Virus record (IMG/VR): IMGVR_UViG_3300014204_000107
Coordinates: 171,468 to 235,467 of that record
Length of the DNA: 64,000 bases
DNA from: a virus
Taxonomy: Duplodnaviria; Heunggongvirae; Uroviricota; Caudoviricetes
Strand: one strand, 5' to 3'
Shown here: piece after piece, positions 39,903 to 50,613 of the stretch
Position numbering within the stretch: position 1 is the first letter of the stretch
Layout of the letters: each line of letters starts with the position of its first letter
Position numbers and translations under genes: made by a program
Notes under the pieces: generated by a model
Told to the model about the DNA's origin: nothing
Databases searched by the model: none
What the model saw: only the letters and a program-made list of their open reading frames with translations

Positions 39903-41546
39903 ATGCCCACTACAGAATTAATATCAACAGGAGAAGTCCAACAATTCAATTTAAAAGAAGTCATAAAGCAGGAATACAAGAAATGTTATAATGATCCTGG
40001 TTACTTTATGAAGAAATATTGCTTTATACAGCATCCAAAGCTGGGCAAAATTAAATTTGAACTATACCCATTCCAAGAACAAGCAGCAAGATATTTTAAA
40101 GAACATAGATTTGTCGTTGTTAATAAAGCAAGGCAGATGGGTATATCTACACTTGTTTCAGCATATGCTGTATGGTTAATGTTATTCCATAATGACCAAC
40201 AAATATTAGCAATTGCTACAAATAGAGATGTTGCAAAGAACTTATTAAAGAAAGTAAAATTAGCTTATACAATGCTTCCTGTTTGGATTAAAAAGGCAGC
40301 ATTGCAAAATGAGGAAACTCCTGAGGAAAGTAACATATTTAAATTTACATTATCCAATGGTTCTAGCTTTACTGCCGCATCAAGTACAACATCAACAGGA
40401 CGTTCAGAAGCGTTATCATTGTTAATTATAGATGAAGCAGCATTCATTAATAAAATAGATGAAATTTGGACATCATCGCAGCCAACCTTATCAACTGGGG
40501 GTAGCGCAATTGTATTATCTACTCCAAATGGTATTGGTAATTTTTTCCATACTATGGTTGTCCAAGCAGAGGCAGGAGAGAATGGATTCTTCCCTGTAAA
40601 CATTCCTTGGTATTTACACCCAGAAAGAGACCAACAATGGCGTGATAATGAAGATAGGAGAATGGGATCATTAGCAGCAGCGCAAGAACACGATTGTAAT
40701 TTTAGAACATCCGGCAATAATGTAATACCGGTTGAAACTTTAAAATGGTATGAAGAAACATATTTGCTAGAACCATTAGAAAAAGGTTGGTTTGACCATA
40801 ATTTATGGCGATGGAAATATGCTGAACCAGGAAAACAATATGTGGTAATAGCGGACGTAGCTAGAGGGGATGGTTCCGATTATTCAACTTTAGAAGTATT
40901 TGAAGTAGAAGAAATGGACCAAGTAGCGGAATATAGAGGAAAAATATCGCCAACTGAAATAGGTGATTTAGGCGTAAATATCGCTACTGAATATAATGAT
41001 GCTCTATTAGTAATAGAAAATACAGGTATTGGGTTTGGGGCAGTACAAAAGGCCATTGATAGACAATATAAAAATGTTTACTATACAAACAGGGATACAA
41101 ATGTCGTAGACCCAGAACTTTATTTTGTTAAAGGGTACGATACAAAGGACAAATCACAGTTGGTACCTGGGTTTACTACGTCAACTCGTTCAAGACCATT
41201 GATTATTTCAAAGATGGAACTATTTATGCTAGAACGTATTCCAAAAATACATTCAAAACGATTATTTAATGAATTATATGCATTTGTTTGGATTGGGCAA
41301 AAGGCGCAAGCAAACCAAGGCAGCAATGATGACTTGGTAATGGCGTTTGCAATAGGAATTTGGGTTAGAGACACAGCAATACGGTTAAGAGGTACAAGTC
41401 TTGAAATGTCAAGGCAATTAGTTGATAGTATTGTAGTCACGCACAATACAAATCAATATACCGATAATAGAAGATTAAAAGTTTATAATCCATACTTATT
41501 AAATACTGGCAAAGGCACAGAAGATTTTAGTAGGTGGATGTTTTAA
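39903..41546 (+). CDS. terL: Terminase large subunit (T4 gp17-like)
   Basis: LYPFQ, KARQMGIST Walker A, IIDEAAF Walker B, STPNG, ADVARG..DYS, NDDLVMA. Confidence 0.95.
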   Translation: MPTTELISTGEVQQFNLKEVIKQEYKKCYNDPGYFMKKYCFIQHPKLGKIKFELYPFQEQAARYFKEHRFVVVNKARQMGISTLVSAYAVWLMLFHNDQQILAIATNRDVAKNLLKKVKLAYTMLPVWIKKAALQNEETPEESNIFKFTLSNGSSFTAASSTTSTGRSEALSLLIIDEAAFINKIDEIWTSSQPTLSTGGSAIVLSTPNGIGNFFHTMVVQAEAGENGFFPVNIPWYLHPERDQQWRDNEDRRMGSLAAAQEHDCNFRTSGNNVIPVETLKWYEETYLLEPLEKGWFDHNLWRWKYAEPGKQYVVIADVARGDGSDYSTLEVFEVEEMDQVAEYRGKISPTEIGDLGVNIATEYNDALLVIENTGIGFGAVQKAIDRQYKNVYYTNRDTNVVDPELYFVKGYDTKDKSQLVPGFTTSTRSRPLIISKMELFMLERIPKIHSKRLFNELYAFVWIGQKAQANQGSNDDLVMAFAIGIWVRDTAIRLRGTSLEMSRQLVDSIVVTHNTNQYTDNRRLKVYNPYLLNTGKGTEDFSRWMF

Positions 41547-41558
41547 TATAAGAGATAA

Positions 41559-44500
41559 ATGGAAGAAGAAAAACAAAGTGCATTTTTCGATGGTTTAAAT
41601 AAGATGATGTCATCTGCAGTCATGATTCGGGGCACTACCGATAAGAAACTGCGAGTGATAGACTTAAATAAAGTTCAAGTCCAATCGAATTTGGAAACTA
41701 ATAGGTTAATAGACCGTTTTGCACGCGTTATTATGCCAATTAGAACATATGGTTATGACTATTCATATGCATTCCAAGGGTCCAGAATTGAAATATACAG
41801 GGACTATGAACAAATGGATATGTACCCCATATTGTCCAGTGCTCTTGATATTTATGCTGATGAATGTATAGGATCCGCAACAATTGTGCCAATGGTGGAT
41901 GGCAGAAAAATAACAATCAAAGAATTATATGATAATAATGAAAAGAATTTTTTAATATATGGCATTGATGCAAATAGTAAAAAAATTAAAATAATTGAAG
42001 CAAGTCATATTGCATATAATGGAAAAAAACAAGTATATAAAATTACGCTTGATGATAGCACAGAAATTAAATGTACTGCTAATCATGAGTGGGTTCGATT
42101 TGATAATGAATTAATAAGAACAGATAAATTAGCAGAAGGTGATTGGCTTTGCGCATTACCACAAGAATATCAAATAATTAAAATAGAAAAATTAGAAGGA
42201 TTATCTGATGTATATGATATAGTAAATGCAGGAGACAATCATATATTTGCAATTGAAACTAATGACGGTGGTAAATTATTTACACATAATTGCACTCTAA
42301 AGAACTTATATGGCAGGATTGTGGAAATAAAAACTGACAAAGACTACATAGCCGACTCTCTTAATAATTTATTTTACGATGTTTTAAATATTGACTTTAA
42401 CCTTTGGGCATGGGTGCGAAATCTCGTAAAGTACGGCGATTTTTGGTTAAAAATGGATATCACAGAAAAGCTTGGTATTACTAATGTAATTCCATTATCT
42501 CCATATGGTGTGCAAAGGGTAGAAAACCCAAACAACCCAGAAATGACTGAATTCCATTATGATGCGGCACTTGGCAATTATATGTACGGACAATCATTAC
42601 AGAAATTTAAGAATTATGAAATAGTGCACTTTAGATTGCTTTCCGATATGAACTATTTGCCATATGGGCGGAGCATTTTTGAATCAGCAAGGCAATTATG
42701 GAAGCAAATTGTATTATTACAAGATGCAATGCTTATTCATAAGTTAATGCGTGCGCCAGAACGCCGCGTTATTAAAGTAGATATAGGTAATATACCACCA
42801 GCTGAAGTTGATAACTACATGAATTCAGTTATTAATAAAATGAAGAAAGTTCCATATTTGGATGAAAAGACTGGGCAATATAATTTACGTTTTAATTTAA
42901 TGCCTGTAGCATATTATACGAATATTCCATTATTAGATGGTAGAACTATAACAATCAAACAATTAGCAGAGGAAACGAAGAAAGGCAAGAAAAATTATGT
43001 TTATTCTATAGATAGGGAAAATGATAATAAAATTGTATCTGGAGAGGTTCAGAGATGCGAATTAACTAAAAAAGATGCGGATATTGTTCGTATTTGGTTG
43101 GATGATGATAGTTATATAGATTTTGAATTAGAACATCCAGTAATGTTACGAACTGGTGAATATAAAGCAGCAAAAGATTTAATTGAAAATGATAGTTTAA
43201 TGCCATTTTATAGTAAATTTTCAAATGAAAAAGGCATTAAAGATTATGAAATGATTTTTGACCCAGCAGACCAAATATTTAAATATACTCATAGGGTGAT
43301 TGCTGAGCAATATAATATTGATAATTATATTGAAAATAATCATGTTGTTCATCATGCGGATTTTAATAGAAAAAATAATATTCCAGAAAATTTAGATTGT
43401 AAGATGACATTTGATGATCATATTAAATATCATCGAGATAATATTAAACTTTGGTTAAATACATTAACACCACAACAATGGGAAATCATTAATAAGAAAC
43501 GCAGTGATACTTGGAAAAAGAATAGAATTCTTGGTAAAAATAAATTATGGAACGAGGGAGAAACAAAAGAAACAAATGAATTAGTAAGATTATTAGGTGA
43601 AAATATATCAAAAACATTCACCCCAGAAAAAAAGAAGAAATATGCAGCTAGATTAAGAGGGAAACTAAATCCGGTACACTCAAAATGGATACAAGAAAAT
43701 TTTGTTCCATATGAAAGAACTGAAGAGCATAAGCAAGTATTAAGAGAAAAAATGTCTGGTGATAATAATCCAAATTATGGTAAGACGTGGGAAGAAATAC
43801 ATGGTAAAGAAAAAGCGGAAGAATTAAGAGAAAAAGTAAGTAATGTATCCCGTGATAAATTTTTAAAAAATAATCCAATGAAAACAGATGCTCAGAAAAA
43901 ACGGGCATCCAAAGTTATGAAGTTTGAAAATGGTAAACGGTGGTCAGATAATAATTTTAAAGAAAAAGTAACTATTGCAATGAGTCATACATATGATTCA
44001 TGGTTGATTGAGCAAATTAAAAAACAAATAAAATTATGTAATTTAAAAAATCTTAATGAAATTGTTAATCATTTAAATAAATGTAATGATATTGTTTCTT
44101 ATTTTGCAATTTTGAATGAAACAAAAAAAGGAACTGGTAAATTTTCAAGACATTCTATTGCAAAATTTGCAATCCGATTGGGCTATAAAAATATTGCAGA
44201 ATTAATTTTAGATGTAAAAAATAATTATATTATCAATCATAAAGTCAAGAAGGTAGAATTTTTAACTGAAAAAATTGATGTATATTGTATGTTGGTCAAA
44301 GATTATCATAATTTTGCAATTGATAGCCACGGTGGAAATATTCGTGATGGTATTTTTGTAAAAAATACTATGCTTGAAGATTTTTATTTACCAGTTAGAC
44401 CAGGGCAAGTAAATTCATCTATAGATACATTGCAGGGTTTAGTAATGGATTTCACGCCAGATTTAGAGTTCTTATTAAGCCAAATGTTTGCAGCAATAAA

Positions 44501-45359
44501 GATACCCAAAGCATTCCTGGGTTATGAAGAAGGCCTGAGTGCTAAGAATGTTTTATTAACGCAGGATGTAAGGTTTGCTCGCACAATAGAACGCGTTCAA
44601 CGTATTGTAGAATCTGAACTGTATAAAATAGCAATAATACATTTATATTCGCAAGGATATACTGGCGATGATTTAGTTAATTATAAGATTCAATTAACGC
44701 CATCTTCAATATTATATGAAGAAGAAAGAAATACATTATTAACTAATAAAGTTGATTTAGTTGGCAGAATTCGCGAGCAGAACTTATTACCTGATAAATA
44801 CATATATGAAGAATTATTTAATTTCAGTGAGCAGGAATGGCATCAGATGCGCAAGGATATGATTGAAGATTTAAAATGGCAATATAGAATAAAACAAATT
44901 TCTGACGAAGGTGTTGACCCATATGAGGAAGCAAATAAGATTAAAAACTTATTAACAAAGCAAGAAGGTGCTGGTGAGTTTGATTTAGCAAAAGGTGAAG
45001 AACAAGGCGGTGGTGCAGGGGAAGACATATTTGGTGGTAGCTCATTTGGCGGATTAGGTGGTGGCACTGAAACTGAAGGTGGAACGGAAGATATATTTGG
45101 TGCAGGAGAAGTAGGTGGGGCAGAAGGAACGCCCCCAACAGAAGGTGGACCAGAAAATATTACCGCTGGATATAAGAGTGGTAAAAATTTATTATATTCT
45201 CCAAATAATATAATAAGATTAAAATTAACAAACTATATTAAACAGCGGGGCAATACTAAATCATCAAAGTATATATTGTCTGAAGTACTCAACCAATTAG
45301 AGCATGAGCAGGAAGATATTTTTAACTCTGGCTATTTTGACGAAAAAAACTTAGAATAA
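41559..45359 (+). CDS. gp20: Portal protein (T4 gp20-like) with two inteins
   Basis: ALDIYADE, KYGDF, PYGRS, RAPERR..KVDIGNIPP, MLEDFYLP, AIKIPKAFLG; ~636 aa after splicing. Confidence 0.93.
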   Translation: MEEEKQSAFFDGLNKMMSSAVMIRGTTDKKLRVIDLNKVQVQSNLETNRLIDRFARVIMPIRTYGYDYSYAFQGSRIEIYRDYEQMDMYPILSSALDIYADECIGSATIVPMVDGRKITIKELYDNNEKNFLIYGIDANSKKIKIIEASHIAYNGKKQVYKITLDDSTEIKCTANHEWVRFDNELIRTDKLAEGDWLCALPQEYQIIKIEKLEGLSDVYDIVNAGDNHIFAIETNDGGKLFTHNCTLKNLYGRIVEIKTDKDYIADSLNNLFYDVLNIDFNLWAWVRNLVKYGDFWLKMDITEKLGITNVIPLSPYGVQRVENPNNPEMTEFHYDAALGNYMYGQSLQKFKNYEIVHFRLLSDMNYLPYGRSIFESARQLWKQIVLLQDAMLIHKLMRAPERRVIKVDIGNIPPAEVDNYMNSVINKMKKVPYLDEKTGQYNLRFNLMPVAYYTNIPLLDGRTITIKQLAEETKKGKKNYVYSIDRENDNKIVSGEVQRCELTKKDADIVRIWLDDDSYIDFELEHPVMLRTGEYKAAKDLIENDSLMPFYSKFSNEKGIKDYEMIFDPADQIFKYTHRVIAEQYNIDNYIENNHVVHHADFNRKNNIPENLDCKMTFDDHIKYHRDNIKLWLNTLTPQQWEIINKKRSDTWKKNRILGKNKLWNEGETKETNELVRLLGENISKTFTPEKKKKYAARLRGKLNPVHSKWIQENFVPYERTEEHKQVLREKMSGDNNPNYGKTWEEIHGKEKAEELREKVSNVSRDKFLKNNPMKTDAQKKRASKVMKFENGKRWSDNNFKEKVTIAMSHTYDSWLIEQIKKQIKLCNLKNLNEIVNHLNKCNDIVSYFAILNETKKGTGKFSRHSIAKFAIRLGYKNIAELILDVKNNYIINHKVKKVEFLTEKIDVYCMLVKDYHNFAIDSHGGNIRDGIFVKNTMLEDFYLPVRPGQVNSSIDTLQGLVMDFTPDLEFLLSQMFAAIKIPKAFLGYEEGLSAKNVLLTQDVRFARTIERVQRIVESELYKIAIIHLYSQGYTGDDLVNYKIQLTPSSILYEEERNTLLTNKVDLVGRIREQNLLPDKYIYEELFNFSEQEWHQMRKDMIEDLKWQYRIKQISDEGVDPYEEANKIKNLLTKQEGAGEFDLAKGEEQGGGAGEDIFGGSSFGGLGGGTETEGGTEDIFGAGEVGGAEGTPPTEGGPENITAGYKSGKNLLYSPNNIIRLKLTNYIKQRGNTKSSKYILSEVLNQLEHEQEDIFNSGYFDEKNLE
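41865..42290 (+). mobile_element. Mini-intein (142 aa) in portal
   Basis: C1 (CIGSAT), block B CTANH, block F VYDI, ends THN before Cys. Confidence 0.9.
42903..44366 (+). mobile_element. Non-canonical intein (488 aa) with HNH endonuclease in portal
   Basis: Starts PVAYYTNIPLLDG; HH.DFNRKNN.PENL HNH motif; NUMOD3-like repeats; block F VYC; ends VKN before Thr. Confidence 0.85.
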
Positions 45360-45407
45360 AACTGTTTTTTTATCATATTATATATTTATTAAAAAAGGAA
45401 TATCTGA

Positions 45408-46256
45408 ATGAAAAGCAACCACGCAAAGCTTAAAAATACGGGCATATTATTTGAATTGCTTGTTAGGCAGGCTACAAGTGATATAATTTCCGAAAAAGAA
45501 TCAAAAGCAGTTAATATTATTAGACGATTCTTTAAAGAAGGCACGGAACTTAATAAGGAGCTAAAGCTATACAAAACATTAACTGAAGATAAATACCACG
45601 ACGCCAGAAAAGCTGAGAATTTTATTGAGGTAGTATTGTCTGAACGCAAGAAAATTAATAACACCCAATTAAAGAGTGAAACATATAATCTTGTTAAAGC
45701 AATTAATGAAGCATATACTATTGATTTTTACCAAGCAAAAATTAATAATTATAAAGTATTAGCTTCAACTTATAATTTATTTGAATATGTATTGGGACGC
45801 TCGGTACCTCCAACTGATGTGGTAAATTCAAAATTTACTATATTAGAACATATCGCAGCCAAACAAGCAGAAAAGAATGAAGTAAAAGATAAGGTGCTTG
45901 AAGCTTATGACCAGCAAGATAAAGATATTAGATTGCTCGCTTATAAGTTAATGATTGAGAAATATAATCAGAAATATAACGCGCTTGATAACAGGCAAAA
46001 ACGATTATTAAGAGAATATATTAATAGTGTTACTGATAGTCCTAAATTAGCTGAATTTGTTAACAATGAAGCAAACATTGTTAAATTTGAATTAAAGAAA
46101 TTATTGAAGAAAGTGGACGATGAAGTAATGCAAGTTAAGCTTGAAGAAACAATAAATCAAATTGATAAGCAAGTAATATGCAAATCTGTAAAAGAAGACC
46201 ATATATTGCAGTTAATGAAATATTATGAATTGGTAAAAGAATTGCAACAAATATAA
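45408..46256 (+). CDS. Helical head-module protein (putative prohead core)
   Basis: 282 aa, helical, between portal and protease. Confidence 0.55.
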   Translation: MKSNHAKLKNTGILFELLVRQATSDIISEKESKAVNIIRRFFKEGTELNKELKLYKTLTEDKYHDARKAENFIEVVLSERKKINNTQLKSETYNLVKAINEAYTIDFYQAKINNYKVLASTYNLFEYVLGRSVPPTDVVNSKFTILEHIAAKQAEKNEVKDKVLEAYDQQDKDIRLLAYKLMIEKYNQKYNALDNRQKRLLREYINSVTDSPKLAEFVNNEANIVKFELKKLLKKVDDEVMQVKLEETINQIDKQVICKSVKEDHILQLMKYYELVKELQQI

Positions 46257-47161
46257 TGGAACATAAAAGAATATATACAAAATCATTACATGACCGCTTT
46301 AGACGCTCAATTGAGTATGATAGTACTTTAACAAAGCCGAAAAAGTCGCCAAAGAAACGAGCACAAGAGCATGAATGGGATGAAATGAATAAAGAAAGCG
46401 GGCATAAAAATCCAAAAGATATAGAGGAAAGCAATATGAATCAAGAAGAACAATTAAGAGAAATGATTCGTGCAGCAATAAAGGAAATATTTGCTGAAAC
46501 AAACGAAGAAGAGCAACTTAATGAATTTATGGCAACGGGAGCACCAGCAGGAGCTGCACCAGCAGCAGGTGGTTCTAATGCCGCACAAGGTCCATACCAA
46601 ACGCCTGCAGCATTTAATAGAAAGAATACAAGCACTGATAATAAAGGTACTAAATCTTCTACTAATGCTGGATGGACTAAAGTCGATGAAAGCCAACCAC
46701 ATAGGTGGGGCATTAAATACGGTGAAGCATCAACTGAATATGAACGTGCAAACCCAAGAATGTATAGGCTAAAGAACGAAGTTAAAACTATTAATGAAGC
46801 AGTAAAGAAATCAGCAAACGATGATAATTTTGAAAAGTTATACAGGAAAGCATGTAAGCATTTTGAAGTTGAAGAATTAGTAGATTTAAAGCCTGAAAGG
46901 TATGAAGAAGCTATTGCATATATGAATAAACTAACAGATGCAGATGATGCAAGAATAACTAAACAACAAGTTAGAAAAGCAGCAATAAAAGAAGCATTTG
47001 GGCAAATAATAACTGAACAGTCATTTACAATTGTAAATAATGATAATATTGATAAGATTGCCGATTATATTGCAAAATATAGGACTGATAAAACTATGAC
47101 CCCCCATAGAATTGCACGAGACATATTACGAATTATTGAAAATATGATGAATGGAGTATAA
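46256..47161 (+). CDS. Hypothetical head-module protein
   Basis: Internal leader-like MNQEEQLREMIRAAIKEIFAE with its own RBS at 46436; multiple L/IxE sites. Confidence 0.6.
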   Translation: MEHKRIYTKSLHDRFRRSIEYDSTLTKPKKSPKKRAQEHEWDEMNKESGHKNPKDIEESNMNQEEQLREMIRAAIKEIFAETNEEEQLNEFMATGAPAGAAPAAGGSNAAQGPYQTPAAFNRKNTSTDNKGTKSSTNAGWTKVDESQPHRWGIKYGEASTEYERANPRMYRLKNEVKTINEAVKKSANDDNFEKLYRKACKHFEVEELVDLKPERYEEAIAYMNKLTDADDARITKQQVRKAAIKEAFGQIITEQSFTIVNNDNIDKIADYIAKYRTDKTMTPHRIARDILRIIENMMNGV

Positions 47162-47164
47162 TAT

Positions 47165-48877
47165 ATGATTAAACAATCAATAGGGTATTCAGCAATACCA
47201 TTTATAGTAACACCACAACAGTTACAAGAGTCAATGCGTAAGAACAATGGCATTGTTATTGTATCCGGTGTTATACAGCGTGCTGATTCATTAAACCAAA
47301 ATAAGCGCAAATATCCTAAACAAATATTATTGCGTGAAGTAGAAAGGTATAATAGTGATTTTATTAAACAAGGCAATGCCCTAGGTGAGCTTGATCACCC
47401 GGACTGCGTTCTTCCTGATACCAAGATACTTACAAAAGATGGTTGGAAATATATTAAAGATATATCAGAAGACGAAATAGTTGCAACACTGAATACCGTT
47501 ACTAACGAATTAGAATATCAACAAATAGTGCGAAAAATAGAACAGCATTATGCTGGTGAAATGATTGAATTTAAAAATGCAGTTTTTAGTGCATGTGTGA
47601 CGCCAAATCATAAATTTTATGTTATGCGAGGGGTCGACCGGCAGCGTGGTGAGTTTATTGCAGCAAATGAATTATATAAAACTGACGTAATTAATAAAAA
47701 ATGCAAATGGCAGGGTACTGACCAATTAGTTATGACATTTCCAGCAACTGGTATTAAAGAATCTTATTCTGTTGATACGGAGGCATTTTGTAATTTTTTG
47801 GGTTGGTATATAGCAGAAGGATATATTAGTCAATATAAAGGTAATATGGTGTATATTAGTCAATCTAAAAAAGAAGGCAAAGAACAAATAATTGCAATGT
47901 TAGATCAAATGCCATATCACTGGAATTATTATGTTGGTAAAAATGATGAGTGGGTATTTTATATTATTGATAAGGCATTATATGAATATTTAAAACCATT
48001 GGGTGGCAGTTATGATAAACATATACCGCAAGAAATCAAAAATCTTTCACCCAAATATTTAAAAATATTATTACGTTCATTAATGTTAGGAGATGGTACT
48101 ACAAATGGAAATGATTATTATACTGTTTCTCCTCAATTGGCCAGTGATGTTAGTGAGATAATTATTAAATGCGGATTATCAGCATCTATTACTGAGATTG
48201 ATAGAATTGATAATTATTATGTTATTAAAAATAAAGAAACTGGTGAAATTGAAACAATTAATAATATTTATTGGTACACCAAACCAAAATATGCAATTAA
48301 AGAAAATTTTGAAATTGTTGATAAAATAAAAAAGAAAAACGGAAAGATAATGTATATAATAAGAACCAAAGATTCTTCACATTATTTTTTTAATGAAATG
48401 GATAAAACCATTATTGATTATGATGGTATGGTATATTGTGTAGAAGTCCCAAACCATACTATATATTTAATGCGCGATGGTAAACAATTTTGGTCTGGCA
48501 ATTCAAGTATCGTTGAATTAAAAAATGCTTCACACCGCATATTAGAAGTATGGTGGAGTGGTGATGATTTATTAGGTAAGATAGAAATATTGCATGATGT
48601 AACACCGGCAGGGCACATATTATATAAATTATTTGAACGTGGCATTAAAGTAGGTATATCATCAAGGGGATTAGGTTCAGTAAAGCCTATTAATGAAGAC
48701 GGGGCAGTGGAAGTACAAGATGACTTTGAATTAGTTGCTTGGGACTTTGTTTCCAATCCATCTACCCAAGGTGCATATATGACAATGTTGCATGAAGGCA
48801 TTGACCCAGCAAATATGAACTTACATAAATTTATGAAAATGGAATCTATTATAAACTCAATATTAAGAGGTGAATAA
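47165..48877 (+). CDS. gp21: Prohead protease (T4 gp21-like) with intein
   Basis: NQNKRKYP, ALGELDHP, ASH, VGISSRGLGS, DFVSNPS; ~204 aa after splicing. Confidence 0.93.
   Translation: MIKQSIGYSAIPFIVTPQQLQESMRKNNGIVIVSGVIQRADSLNQNKRKYPKQILLREVERYNSDFIKQGNALGELDHPDCVLPDTKILTKDGWKYIKDISEDEIVATLNTVTNELEYQQIVRKIEQHYAGEMIEFKNAVFSACVTPNHKFYVMRGVDRQRGEFIAANELYKTDVINKKCKWQGTDQLVMTFPATGIKESYSVDTEAFCNFLGWYIAEGYISQYKGNMVYISQSKKEGKEQIIAMLDQMPYHWNYYVGKNDEWVFYIIDKALYEYLKPLGGSYDKHIPQEIKNLSPKYLKILLRSLMLGDGTTNGNDYYTVSPQLASDVSEIIIKCGLSASITEIDRIDNYYVIKNKETGEIETINNIYWYTKPKYAIKENFEIVDKIKKKNGKIMYIIRTKDSSHYFFNEMDKTIIDYDGMVYCVEVPNHTIYLMRDGKQFWSGNSSIVELKNASHRILEVWWSGDDLLGKIEILHDVTPAGHILYKLFERGIKVGISSRGLGSVKPINEDGAVEVQDDFELVAWDFVSNPSTQGAYMTMLHEGIDPANMNLHKFMKMESIINSILRGE
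47405..48502 (+). mobile_element. LAGLIDADG intein (366 aa) in prohead protease
   Basis: C1 (CVLPDT), VTPNH, LGWYIAEG and LMLGDG motifs, VYCVEV, ends WSGN before Ser. Confidence 0.92.
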
Positions 48878-48878
48878 T

Positions 48879-49115
48879 ATGAATAAACAAGAGCTAAAGC
48901 AACTTATAAAGGAAGAAGTTAGAACAACATTAAATGAATCATTTAATAGAACAGCATATAATTGGGAAATAAATAATACATCTGGTGAGGTTCTTGCTAA
49001 TTCAATGAAAGAAGCAATACGTTTAGCAGTAAATGATTATCTCGAATATATGGGTGATAATATAGATGATAGCGGTCCAGAATATTTTGAATTACATATA
49101 GAATCGATATATTAG
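48879..49115 (+). CDS. Small protein with KQLIKEE leader
   Basis: GAGGTG RBS before ATG 48879; MNKQELKQLIKEEVRTTLNE. Confidence 0.75.
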   Translation: MNKQELKQLIKEEVRTTLNESFNRTAYNWEINNTSGEVLANSMKEAIRLAVNDYLEYMGDNIDDSGPEYFELHIESIY

Positions 49116-49127
49116 GAGAATGTATAG

Positions 49128-50594
49128 ATGACAACAAAAGAAATATTAGATACTCTTAATGGCTGCGAAGTCAATTCATTAGAATTTGAAGGATGCGTTG
49201 GTATTAATAATGGTAAGATATATCAAGACGGAGAAATAATTAGAGCAACGCCAAAACAAATTAAAATCTTATGGGACGAATATATAGAGGAAGAAGGTAT
49301 CCATAGCGAATTTTCTGACTTATTCGGTGAAGATGAGCCACGAGTTAGAGATTTAATTGGTGAAGAAGAAGGCAATTTACAAGAAGGTAAAATGAAAGAT
49401 TTAAAAACATCTTTATATGACGCATTATATAATGATGTATATGATAATTATAAAGGTGATGCTGAAACATGGTACAATAATGGCAGGCCTGATACTAATA
49501 GTGAAGTAGAATCAGTATTAGAAGATATAATGGCAGTTGTTGGTATGGATAACGCCGGAGAACTTTTTAGTGAAGTGGCGGAGCAAGTATATGATGATGT
49601 AATAGCATTAAATAATACAGAAGATACACACGACTATATGCAAGATGATTTTGAATCAAGCTTTGAAACAATGGACGAAAGCAAAGATGAAGGAGAAAAT
49701 CCAATGATAACAGCAGGAGACGAGGTAAAAGTTTATATACCAAGCAATAATAAATATATTACTTGCTATGCTGAAGATAGTGAAACAAAAAATGATTACG
49801 GTGAACGCGTGGTTGATGTTAGTTGGATTAAAGAACCAGAAAATGTCTTTACTGTTGTATGGGATGAAGATGCTAACCAATGGCAAGAAATTGAAGAACG
49901 CGAAATTAAATTTAAAGAAAATAAAGGGGATAATAAAATGAATAAAAATACAAAATTAACTGAAGCTTTAGACTTTACCAATGGCGGATATGCTAAGTCA
50001 TTATTTCGTTCCAATACAAAAGAATATGATGAATTAAATACAATGGACGACGCAGACTACCAAGAATTTATTGGTATAATGTCTGAAAAAGGCATTACGG
50101 TTAAATATGATAAGGTTCATGATGAATTTATCATAACTGATCCCCAAGGAGAAGGCAAATTCTTTGGCACTCCAAAGACCCCAAAAGAAATGGGTGTTAG
50201 GGGCAAAAATATGTATGACCCAATGCCAAAGAGGCTTATACCAAGAAGGCTTAAAAAGCTTGGTGAAAACGAAGAATATGATGACACAAAATATGTTGAT
50301 TTAAAACCATTTACAAACGAGGTACTGAGTATGAAAAATTTAAGATTAACAGAAGAATATGCTGGAACAATGCAACCTTCTATTAACATGAAAGCATTAG
50401 AAACAATGGGCATTAGCACTACTCCAAGAAAATATGGTAGTGTTGCATTAACTGAAAAGCAAGAAGACTTAAATGAGGCTATTGAAAAGGTTAATAGTGC
50501 TATTCAAATATTAGCAAAATACAAAGAACAGCAAAAATTGAATGAATATTTGATTAAGCTTAAAAATGTATTAATCACTGAAAGCAAAAAATAA
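49128..50594 (+). CDS. Acidic multi-segment protein (putative internal/core protein)
   Basis: AGGAG RBS; repeated LxE sites between segments; internal RBS+ATG at 49938. Confidence 0.6.
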   Translation: MTTKEILDTLNGCEVNSLEFEGCVGINNGKIYQDGEIIRATPKQIKILWDEYIEEEGIHSEFSDLFGEDEPRVRDLIGEEEGNLQEGKMKDLKTSLYDALYNDVYDNYKGDAETWYNNGRPDTNSEVESVLEDIMAVVGMDNAGELFSEVAEQVYDDVIALNNTEDTHDYMQDDFESSFETMDESKDEGENPMITAGDEVKVYIPSNNKYITCYAEDSETKNDYGERVVDVSWIKEPENVFTVVWDEDANQWQEIEEREIKFKENKGDNKMNKNTKLTEALDFTNGGYAKSLFRSNTKEYDELNTMDDADYQEFIGIMSEKGITVKYDKVHDEFIITDPQGEGKFFGTPKTPKEMGVRGKNMYDPMPKRLIPRRLKKLGENEEYDDTKYVDLKPFTNEVLSMKNLRLTEEYAGTMQPSINMKALETMGISTTPRKYGSVALTEKQEDLNEAIEKVNSAIQILAKYKEQQKLNEYLIKLKNVLITESKK

Positions 50595-50613
50595 TTTTAA
50601 CATAGGGGATACT

